Positions 51,001 to 63,000 of a stretch of DNA of 64,000 nt are shown in pieces. Position 1 is the first letter of the stretch; the number at the start of each line of letters is the position of its first letter. The DNA is taken from the NCBI GenBank assembly GCA_023247055.1, contig JAHFHF010000006.1, forward strand, positions 600-64,599. The letters run 5' to 3'. The stretch is from Candidatus Omnitrophota bacterium (lineage in GTDB: Bacteria > Omnitrophota > Omnitrophia > Omnitrophales > Aquincolibacteriaceae). A program made the position numbers and the translations under genes. The notes under the pieces are model-generated. The model did not search any database. It was not told the origin of the DNA and saw only the letters and a list, made by a program, of their open reading frames with translations.

Positions 51001-54000
51001 AATGAATATGCCCAAGCGCAGCTTGAAATCACCAGCTTGCTTTCCGCGCGCGCTGCCGCTGCAGCAGAAGTGGACCGGCTAACGGATGATTTGGCGGCTT
51101 TGCGCTCTCAGATGTCAGAAACGGACTCTCAGATTTCGGGAATCAATCTCAAAATCAGCGAATTGGAAGAAACCTACAAACGCATCGGCGGTAAGCCGTC
51201 GCCGGTGGGCGGTGTCATACCGGCCGCCGACATGCATTTCTATAAACGAGCCTTTGTGGAAGCCTTGATCAAGGAAAACAGAGTCCGTATCGACGCAGTC
51301 AAGACGGCCTATGTCATGCCCCAGCAGGCGGCTTTGACTGCGGCCCAGACCGCGCATGCCGCGGATCAGGATACGCGCGATGAGTGGGTTGCTGAATCGG
51401 ATGTTTTATCCGCCTTCCTGATAGCGGACAGCGACAAACAGAAATTACTGCTGGATGCAGGCCAAATGCGCAAATTCAATACGCGCCTGGGACGTGATGC
51501 GGCTAAAGGCGAGAGCCATTTAATTAAAACCGAACAAGAAGTCCAGAAGCTGATCAGCCAGGCCGGCCTGGCCCGCAACCTTTATGCGGCTGCAGGCGAG
51601 GGCCTGCAGCAGGCATTCGCGTTCCGCAATATCGGCGGCATCAATCCCGAAGCTTTGCGCAAATTCTTCAACCGCTTGTCGACGCCGCAGATGAACATCG
51701 AATACTTGTTTGACCGTTCCAAAGCCATGGCCGCGGCCGCCAATAAACTACTCGAACTTGCGCTCAACAAGCAGGTGGTCAAAGATTCATTGGCGATGCG
51801 CATGTTCGCAGATTTGATCCGTTATGCTGCGCGCGAAACCGCCGGTGCTGGCATTTTCCTCGATCAGATGATCGCTTCCGAAGGCTCGATTAGTCTGTCT
51901 TTTGCCTTGCTGGATGCGATTGCCCAGCGCTTTGATCCTAATTTTCTGCACATCCTTGATATTCAAGAAAAATATTTCCAGGCCTTGGAAGAAGAAAAAC
52001 AGCGCCGGCGCCTTGAAAAAGAAGCTGAGGTGCGTTTGCGCAATCAGCTTAAAGACCTGGCTAAAAAACCGGCCGAAATTAAATTCCAAATGGAAAAATT
52101 CGGCCTGCAGTACGACCGCGCCGAAATTAAAGTCAATGAATATACCGCCCTGCTGACCGCCATTGCGGCTAAACGCGGCCAGCTTGAGACCGATCTGACG
52201 GCGGCGCTGGCGCTGGAAGTCACGACGCGTGCGATTTTGCAAACGGCTAGCATCGATTACGATACGGCTCTGGGCGACTATCAGACCGCCCGGGCGGTTT
52301 ACGAAACCACGGCCAATGACATCAACCGCAATGCCCTGCAGGCCAAGTGGATCAATCTGGTGTCCAAAGGCTCTGCGCTTGAAAATATCCGGCTGACCAT
52401 GAGCGATTTACAGGCCAAAATTCAGCGTTTGCGGGATGAACTTTTTATCTATATCCGCGACAGCGGTGAATCTGAATTGCAAGCGAAGCTGACGCAGGCG
52501 CTCGATGAAAAGAACCGCGCGCAGGAGCTCTACGACAAGTCACTGATCGATTGGACGGCTGCGGATGAGCAGGCGGCGGTTTATGATACGTTCGCAAACC
52601 GCGTCTCAGCCGCCGCAGCCGGCGTGGATGACCTTCTGCGCGCCAATCCTAAAGCTGAATTGGAGCAGGTGGGCGTGACGCCTGAGACCATCACGGTGGG
52701 CGGCGTAACGCAGATTATTTACAAGCCTGTCTATGCCAAAACACGGCGTGCTGTTCTGCGCGACGAGCTTTTACAAGCGCAAAAAGAAACGCTGGCGGCA
52801 ACGCAGGAGCGTACCGGTCTTGAAAAACGCTATAACGCCTTGCAGCAAAGTTTCAATGTTGTTGTCCAGCCCATGGGTGCCGTCGCGCATGTCCAGGATT
52901 TGGCCCAAAGCTATGTCAATTACACCGAAGGGTTGGAAGCGCTCAGCCGGCTCAAACAGGAGTCTGAACGGACTATGGCTCTTTCAAAGAGCCTGGCGTC
53001 TCTGTCCCAGAGCGCCTCGCCGGCCATCAAGAATGAAATGGATAAAATCCAGACCGGTTTCAAAACGCGGCTTGAGGCGATTTCCGGGGAAATAAAGGTT
53101 TACTTGAATCCTTACACCAGTGCGTGCACGAGCCCAAATAACTGCGAACCCGGTCTGCTTCAGGTCGTTCTGGCGCGCATCCTCCGCACCGTGGAAGGAG
53201 AGCCCGTACACAGCGCTGCGACTCCCTATGACTTCACCAGTGTGACCACAGCGGGAGTCATTACGCCCATGATGCAGATTAAAACTGCCAATGAGAACGC
53301 CATCAGCCGGGTCAAACTCTCGACACAGTACGACCGTTTGGCCAAGGAACCGCTTGAAGATAACAAGAAGATTATTGGAGATTCCACGAAGGTGCTGCAA
53401 GCCCTGGCCAAACGGGCGCGTGAGGAATTCCACTATGCGGCGACGCAAACCCTGGTGACCAAGACTGAAAATGCGGCTGCCGCGATCACGCTCTACAACA
53501 TTTCACCAGCCCAGCTTGAGACGGGTTTTGACGTGCGCCTCGATGCGGAAGCGCTGACCGAAGGCGATTTTGAAAATATGCAGGCCCAGCTTGCCCTGCT
53601 TAAATCCGATACGCCGTTTATGCAGGTGACGGCGATTCTTGCGGACATCCAGCATATTTTGCCGGCCGCGGTGCGCATGGCCTCTTTGGCGCGCGACCGC
53701 CGTGCGGCGGAACTTGATCAATTGACCAATACGGCGATTCCGGGTGCCGCTGATGAACGCGTCAAGGAATTGCTGCGTGTCAAAGCCAAGTTTGTGACTG
53801 AGCGCCTGACCCGCCTGAATGACCTGGTGGATTTTTACCGCGGCTTTAACTCTCTAAGCCAAACGCTCTATAACGCTTACAACGAAATGGATAAATTGCG
53901 GAAACTAACCGGAGCGATTAACGAACTGCGCAATCAGTTGACTTCAGCCTCGCTGGCCAATGATGCGGATCTGGCCTTGGCGTCGCGGGTCAGCCAGATG

Positions 54001-57000
54001 CAGACGGCGGCTCAAACGCCATTCCAGAATTTGAGCCGTGTTTTGGCGAATTATCAAGGCTGGTTGACAGGTGATATCCAGTTTGATGCGTCTCTTTTCG
54101 CCAGCCTGCGTCTTTCCGCCAATGCATTGATGTCGCGCATGATCGACAATATGAATTTTTCCAACTACCTGCTGCAGCAAACCACGCAGTTCGGCGCACG
54201 GCAATTCGGCAGTCTTTCGATGACGGAAACTTATCAATTGACCGGCACGCGCGAAACCGGCTGGGCCAATGAACTTTTGAGCCAGACCGGATTTTTTAAT
54301 ACAACCTCCGGCCCGCAGATTTCCAGAATCGTACGCTATCACGACGGCAAGGCCCAAGACGCTTCGTTCTATTGGTATCATCCCGAAGCCAAGACCCAGC
54401 ACCATGTGGATTCTCTGGATGGCACCAGCCTCAATATCACTGGCCGCATTTACTATCAAGACCCGGCCGTGCCGCCTGATCCGCGCAAGCCGATTGGTCA
54501 AGACGTGCGCATTGACCGCTATCTCAATCCGGTGACGCCCGCGCCGTACAATTGGTCTGGAGTGACGCCGGCGGATGCGCGCAATTTCGCGCAGCTGCAA
54601 TACTCATATTACGACAAAGACCGCCAGGCGCGCACACAAGGCCAATCGCTGACCTATGAAGAAGTCAGCACACCTACAGGGATTACGGGGTTGACGCGCC
54701 TGACCGATACGCGTTATTCAGGCCAGCAAAATTTTGAGCGCGTGCAGATGAACCGCCGCTACCGCCTGCTGGATGCTACGCTTGATCTTTCGGCCTCGAC
54801 GCCCATCGGCATTCCGGGTCTGGATTCGGCCCCGGCCGCAGCCATGGAAAATGCATTTCTGGAGATTGAACAACGCTATTACTATCAAGCCTTGGCATCG
54901 GACAATGATCTGCAGGTGAGCGGCCGCAAAGACCCGTTTGCCGCATTCCTGAATCCGGCCAATGCCGGCGCGCTCTATCCAGATTATGACGCGGATGAAC
55001 TGGGCGGGGATTCGCGCGATCTGGACGTTTTGGGCGAAGTCCAATATTTTGAAGATGGGACCGTACAGAAGTCAATTACCCTTCAGCGCGGCCAAGACCA
55101 GATCGAAACGCCCTTTGCGCGTGTCACGCTGCGGCGCCATAATCCAGCCTGCGGCCTGGCGACGTGCCCTGAAGAAATGCGCGTTGATTCCGTCACGCTC
55201 TTTGCCACGGATGAAACCGGGGCCGTACGCGAGCAGGTGCTGATCCGGCCGCTCGATCCATCGGCTCTGCCGCTTTACGATTCTGTCGTCAATCTCATCA
55301 CGACTGAAAAAGGCGATTTGAGCGGCATTCTTACCAATGGTGCTTTTACATTGGCATCGCGGACCCTGTTTGACGGAGCGCGCCAATCCGAGCGTGTGAC
55401 GCAGGTCTGGCAGTTTGAGCCGCGCGAGACCCAACAGATCCAGAACCTGGCCGATCTGGTTCAAGCCGGCACAAGTCCGTTTAATTCATCGCTGGTCGGG
55501 CTGGATATTCTGCGGAATTTCTCTCTGGCCTCGCTGACCAGCTATTTTTATCACCCGGATAACAGCCTGGATTACACGGTGGGTACGCGTTTTCTGCGTC
55601 AGAACACCGGACCGGCTGAGACGATACGCACCGAATATGCCAAGGTCCGCGGCCAGAGCAAGATCGCCCGGACGATTGAAAATGATGGTGTTGAACACCG
55701 CTTTACCGAAGCCCTGTATTCCGAAACCGCCAATTTCACCTGGGGCCAGGATTTCGTTTTCACGGTGCGCGGTAAAAACAATAAAGATACCGCCTTTAAA
55801 TGCCATATCAATGCCGCTGGCGGCTGTGACGTTTCCGATCCTGTGACGGGCGCCATGATCGGCGTGATCAGTGACGGAGGCTTCTTTATCGCCTATACCG
55901 AAGACCGGGACGGCGACGGCCTGCTGGATGGCAGCGAAGATGCCAACGGCAACAACGTGCTGGATCCCGGCGAAGATACGCTGCCGTTCAACGGCGTCCT
56001 TGATCCGTCGGAAGATACCAACGGCAATGCGGCCCTCGATCAAAAGCGCTATCGCGTGCGCATCATTCATAACGGCAATCACGGAACACTGGTGCTGGAG
56101 GGGGATGAGGTCATCTCCGTGGCCCAGGCCGGCAGCCGCCTTGAAAGCCTGCAGGAAGAGCAGAGTTTCTACTTCACCTGGGGCCAGGACTTCGAGTTCA
56201 GTTATCTGTGGGAAAACGGAGTGCAGTCGCGTTTTAAATGCCATATCAACGTGGCCGGCGGCTGCGATGTGACCGATTTGCGCACCGGCGAATTCATGGG
56301 TAGTGTTGTCAATCTCGGCACTTTTACCTACGACGAAGACCGGCCGGCGCTTTTATTCCCGAACGGTAACGACCTGCTCGACCCAAGTGAAGATATCAAC
56401 AACAACGGCATCCTGGATCTTGGAGAAGACATCTTCGCGCCCATTGGCGTGCTGAACCTGGCGGAAGATATCAACCAAAACGGCCGCATCGATGTGCGCA
56501 ACTATACGCTCGATTTGCGCCAAGACGGCACGCGTGGCACGCTGATTTTACGCCGCAATGAAATCGTGCCGCGCATTTTTGAATCGGAGAACGTGACCAA
56601 TCAACTTCTACGCACGCGCAATAATACCAATTTCACGGCCACTTCCGAAGGCACGACCAGCTATACCGACTCTGAAGGCCGGCGTCTCAAGGCCGTCGAT
56701 GCTTTTGGCAATGTAACGCGTTACTTCTACCGCCGCGACCCGCTCAGCGGTGCGGTCTTGACCGACGTGCGCACGGGCCAGCCGCTCGAAACCTATGTCC
56801 TGGACGCCAATAACAATATTACTATTTTAGGTGCGGAAGGGGAGCGTCTGGCCTTCATCGATTTCTCGGCCCACATGGAAAAAGGCAGCCCGGTGCTCAA
56901 GACCGGCATTTACCAGGACATCCGGGTTTGGAACGAAACGACCATGACGCTGGATGTGGTCACGATCGATCAGAACATGCAGGGCCGGACCGATCTGCGT

Positions 57001-60000
57001 TATCTGGCGCGGCCCGATATTCTGACGAACCCAGCACTATGGTGGTTTAGTGATCCCGACCTGGACAGCACACTCCTCACTGCCGCGGAGCGGGCCGAAA
57101 CCATCAGCCCAGCCATACACTGGTTCGATTATGACCGCGATCCGGCCACGGGCCGCATCCGGCGCGGGGTGAACGGCGAACCCATGAAGATGATCGAACT
57201 TTTCTCCGAACGCCAAATGCCGCAGTACAAGACCGAGTACGGAGCCACGCATCGCGATGTGACTCAGCGTATGTACTATGAAGATGGCCGGTTAGTAGGC
57301 AACGACACCAAGATCCGTGACCCACAGGCGGAATTGGATACCACTCTGCAGAACACCTATCAAAAATACACGCATGTGCGGATGCGTATTGACGGCGTCT
57401 TTGAAATCGTGCGCAACAGCGAGCAGCAGGAGCAGGAGGACATGCTGGCCTGCGCGTCGTCACCGGCAGGGCCGTGTGATGTCACGTTCCGGCGCAATCA
57501 TGCAATCCGGCTGGCTTTTGACTCAGACACGGGTGCCTTATCTGGCCAGGGACTCAACAACAAGGCCAACCAGCAGTCGCTGGATCTAGGCAGTTTTGAT
57601 TTTGAATCTACGTATCTCGATCCGGACACACTCTATGTGAAACGCATGCGCCGCAGTAACATGGCCGCAAGCTTCCAGCCCGAAGTTTCCATGCTCTATA
57701 AACGCAATTGGCACGATGATGCGAACCATAATGGCCGGCAGGATCCCGGCGAAGGCGGCTCTTCAGGCTGGCGCGGGGCCGTTTGGGAACTCAAACAAAT
57801 TATCAATCCAAAAACGGGACCGGTTATGGTGAACATGCCTAACTCTGCTTATTCGTCCGGCGGCCAGGCGTATAACCGGCTTGTCCAACAAGGACCCACG
57901 GCATACAACCTCATAGGGGCTGCGCCGATAACTCTTGCTCCTCTTGCGGATGGTACGCCGGTTTATGCCCCGCCGACAGGGTGGGATATTGCCCCGTGGG
58001 GAGTGAACGCCTTAGAAGCAAACCGCACACTTCCGTTCTATCAGTATGTGCGAGCGCCGGTTTCTCTCTATGAAAAATACTACACTGAACAGACCAGCCG
58101 CATTTCCAGCATGCTGGCAGGAGGCTCCAACCTGCAAATGCTTTATCGCGGCAGCCTCGATTTGTATGCGGGGCTTGGTGCGGCCGGCGAAGATCAGCCC
58201 AATACGAATGCGGCCATCGCTGCTGGGAAGTTCCAATCTGGATTCGATTGGGACACGACCGGTTCCAATAGGCACGCGGGAACGGAGCGTAACCGCCTGA
58301 CCGGTGAAATCTTCCAGCGCCTGATCGGCGTCAATCCGGCGGCAAAAGACTATCAGCCGACTCTAAACCTGTACTTTACGGGTGAACAGACTATCGGCGC
58401 GCTCAATTTTGACATACCGTCTTACGAATATATCTGGAACCCGGTGACACTGCAGGTGGACCGCCTGCCACTCTCAATCAACGCCAATCTGAAAGTGATC
58501 GAAAAAGCCGACGTGGCTAGAGTCGACGGCGGTTTGTCCGACCGCGCTTTTGATACGCTCGACCAAAAAGACAATGCGCCGCCGCTGGAAGTCACCACCG
58601 AAATTATTAACCGCGAAGTCAACCTTCTGACCGAAACGCTCACCCGGTCGCTGGATGCAAAAAACCAAGCGATACGTTTTGCCGTCAACGCCCTGCTGAA
58701 AGGCGCGGATGGCTTAGGGACAACCACCGGCTTGCAGTTTTATGAAAACATGGAAGACCGCGGCGGCTACTATCAGGTTTACGAATTTCTCTTCACCGAC
58801 CAAATGCCGCCGGCCGCGGCTATCGACGAAGTCGCAGCGGCCTATAAAAAACTGGCATTGTCCAAAGGATTGTCGTCCGCCGGTCTGGCTGGTTTCCTGA
58901 AAAACCTTACGAATGCGGGCAGTGTGCGGACGGATAATCTGTCCGGCGGCGCGCAAAATGCGCGTCAGCAGGGCTATTCCAAGAGTTTGGCTGACAATAT
59001 CGTGAACACGATTGTGTATTCAGCGGCTGTCATGGCGACCAATATTTGGGGTGGTGGGGGCCTGGGCGCCGCTTCGATGGATGGCGCGCTGATCGCGCCG
59101 GAGGGCGATCTCATCACGCCGCGTTTCGACTCCTCTGACCAGACCAACCGGGGCATCGTCAACCCAATGATCGAAGACGGTGAACACCGCTACACGCTGA
59201 AACTTCTGAAGGCCTATTCCACCAGCTTGACGGAATTCGCCACGCAGTTTGATCCGCCGGTGGAAGCCGACGATTACCGCGCCAATCAGGAAGCCAAAGA
59301 AACGGGCCAGACCCCGGATCAGACGATTGACGAACTCATCCGCAACGACGTCGGGCTGACGCATACGATTGAGAATTACGTAGCAACCCGCATCCAGTCC
59401 GGACAAATTGCTGCCGTCAGTGCGCGCGACTTCCTTGAAGAGTATCTTTGGGAACTTGCTCCGACGACCGGGACGCAGCCCAAGAATCTGCACGTTGGCC
59501 GCGAAAAAGCGCGCGAGATGTTCTTTGAATTGCCTGAGCTCCTGCGGAAGTTCTACAGCGAGTCGCACGGGGCCAAGGCCGACAGCGAAGCGCTCGGATA
59601 TCTTGAAAGCCTGGTCAATTACCTTGTGCTGCAAAACGGAAATCCCGTGGGCAGTGACTTTAGCGGCTTGGAAATGAAAGACAAAATCAAGAAACTGGCC
59701 GAAGACCCCACGTACAGCATTGATTACGTTTACGATTCCTGGCTCTTTAAGGCGGTTGAGAAAATCATTGCGGCGACGCTGAATTACCAAAACGAGAAAC
59801 AGGAAGCCTTTAAGGATTTTTATAAGGAAGTGCTTTATACCAATCAATCGACGACCAGCCTTGGCGATGTCATGGGGCTTCTGACGCACAACATCGTCAC
59901 GACCGCCGCGATTGGCGGCACGGATACCCGCGTCGATGTACGGCCGCTTTTGGATGAAGTTAAAATGGAATACCGTGCTTTTATCACGGAGCGCCAGGAA

Positions 60001-63000
60001 GAAGCGAAGCGCACGGCCACCGAACTTTCGCTGCAGAGCCAGCAGCGGCATGTCTCGCTGGCCGGCGGCGACCGCGGCGCGCTTGAGGGTGATCTGGATG
60101 TCCTGGCTTATGATAAACGCGAAAAAGAACTGAAAGACTTGCGCGAATTTTTGGGTTGGAAGCCGGTGGCTAGCGGCGGTTACGAATTGCCGCTTCCCAC
60201 GGCCACGGCACCGGCTGACGACTGGGAAGATTACTGGGACCGTAAAAAGTTCACGGAAGGCTGGACCGAAGCTCCCAGCGCATTTCAAGAAGCCGCTCCG
60301 GCTGGCGAACTTTACATCCTTCCCACCAAAGCCGACAAGGCCCTGCCTGCGAGCCAATATGCCGCAGGCACGCTGGATAACTATGACTTCGGCCTTGAAA
60401 AACTTTTCCACAATACGCTTGATTCGATCCAGCTCTTGTCGGAACAGACCGTAGCCGGCCTCGAGCAGCTCAGCGCCGCCGAACCGCCCATTCCGATGAA
60501 GGACCTTGTGGGGATTGAGCCTGGCGCCGAAACGCCGCTCAATCAGCTTTTCGCCAAATACTTTACACCGGTTTGGGATAAGGGGCGTTTGGAATATAGC
60601 GGCAATATGACAGGCGATATGACGATCCGGCTTTCCAACATGGACAGCCTGACTAAAGACGTCCTGGCCTACGCCGAAAAAATCCTTAAAGACCCGAAGT
60701 CGGCGATTAACGATCTCGATTCTGGCCTGCTGGATTTTGAAGACATCTTTTCAAAATTGCGCGAGTTGGATAACTCCCTGGCCCTTTTCCACGAAACCGA
60801 GTTCAAACGTGTCTATGACAATAGCGTGCTGGTCTCAAGCGCCAACCCATTCGATCCGGCAGGCCTTGGCGATATCTATGATTTTGCCCATGCGCGCACC
60901 GTGCCCGTGGCGCAGGTCGATCATATGCTTGATTTTGTCAGTCAGCAGATGAACCGCTATTTGGATGTGACGCGCGTCTTTTTGGCCGGTTATAACCAGC
61001 TGCGTCAGTCATTTGGCCTGAACCAGGCTGCGGAAGAGCTGCGCTTTGATCTTGAGACCATGGATCTTGACAAAGGTTTGGACGAAATCCGCAAAGTGGA
61101 TCCGGGCCGCGCACGCGCGATTGAACAGTTGCGCAAAACGGCGGTGGAAATGCTCAGTTCCAATCAAGTTGTGTCCAAAGCCATGGCTTACGCCTCCGCC
61201 GCGCGGCATGTGATGCTGTCGGCGATGGCGCGCAATGATTTTTACAAACTGGCAAAAGAAAAAGACCAGAAGCTCTCCGACCTGGACCCGGCCAGCTATA
61301 TTACGCGCGATGCCCAGGGAAATCCGGTGTTAGGGACGCCGCCTTCAGGGCCTGTCTTTCTGCGGCCGGAGTTGAAATTCGATGAAGACGGCGAATACAT
61401 CCGCGATTTCAAGGAATTTATCCGCACGGAAGTGGCGCCGCTTGAGGCGGTGGTCAAACAGCATGTCGTGGAAGAAGCCGCGGCAGGCACGCCCACAAAT
61501 AACGCGGCGGCAGATACCCGGCTTGGTGATGTTACCAGCGACTATGCGCAAAAGGCCATTCTGACGAATGTGACTGAATCCAAAAACGTTTTCGAGGAAT
61601 ACGAACACAAGATTTATCTCGAGACCTATGCCACCAAGATCGGCACCGGCGGCATGCTGCTGGCGGATAAATTCACTGAATTGGAGCAAAAAGCCGCGGA
61701 ATGGCTGAATGCGGCGGCCATGTTGCGCGCCGAGGAAGGCGCGGCCGGCGAAGAGCGATTCCAACAGGCCGTACGTGCCATTCATGATTACAAGAATGCT
61801 TACCGCGATTATCTGGTGCGTTTCCTGCGCGGCGATACGTCAGAAATCTGGGGCAGTCCGTTTGCTCTGCCCTCGGGCGAGCCGGTCGAGATCCTTCAGC
61901 AAGGCAATTTCGGCATCCTGCACAATTTGAGCATGTACTTATCGAAGGACAAGATCTATCAAATTGCCGTCAGCCCGGCTAAAAAGGATGCGAATGGCTA
62001 TTTGTATTATCTCAAAAAAGATCCCATCACCGGATTGGATTTACCCGATGTGATGACCACAACGACGAACAACCGTCAATACGTCCTTGATACAACCGTG
62101 CTGGCGTTAACGGATGATCCGGCGACGCTGGGGTGGGATGAGACGCGCGGCTTTGGCGTCAAGGATGATAAGTTCTTGCCCTTTACCAAAGAACAAATAC
62201 TCAAGGGCGATGAGTCCGAGATGGTGATCGGCGAAGAAATGCGCCGCATGATGCAGGAGTATGACAAATGGTTTGACGAGGCCGTCGACGCCTACCGCGG
62301 CAGCATGTCGTATTACGAACTTAGTGTGGCGGATTTATCCGGCACTGTCACGGCGACGCCGGGTCTTGATCCTTCGGTCATTGCCATGCAAAACACGTTT
62401 AGCGATATCCTCAAAATGCATCTTGGAACGAACCCGCCGACGGCGACATTTGCAGGTATCACGTCGATCAAAAAGGAGTTTAACGACATCCATGATGAAG
62501 CGTGGGGTGTTTACGAGCAATTCCTTTTCGGCAGCGCGGCTGAAACCGACGGAGACGGCGCTCTGGAAAAATACAGAACTGAAGTGCAGGACGTGTATGA
62601 GGCCGTCAAGGGGCTGGATAAGAAAATTTCAAGTATCCGCCAGCTTGCCAAGGCTGAACCGGTGGCGCGCGAACTGGGCCGCAATATTTTTGAAACAGCC
62701 TTCAGTGTGATTCAGGATTTGGCTTCTGAAATGCAGCGTGAGATTTATAACTACAACCGTTCGGCGATTCTCAAGATTGGCGCGCAAGATAGCTTGAATG
62801 AGTTTTACGTTAAAAAAGTTCGCGCCATGACCGGCATGCTCAACCAACTCACTAATAATCAGTTTTCAAAATACTTTGGCCTGCCCCGGGATTGGAATAA
62901 GGCCATTTATGGCGGCTATTTTGGCCACGACTTTTTAGGGGCCCGGGATAACTGGCTGCGGGATGTGTTTGCCGTGCCGCTAGGGATTACGTACACAGGC

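Noticed and set aside
1981-61839. RGD tripeptides (e.g. 1981, ~22507, ~43645, ~61828) as integrin-binding motifs
   Set aside because: A few occurrences are expected by chance in >21,000 residues rich in R, G and D.
29-62710. Short plus-strand ORFs in frames 2 and 3 of the track
   Set aside because: Arg/Pro/Ser/Cys/Trp-rich off-frame translations that overlap the real CDS.
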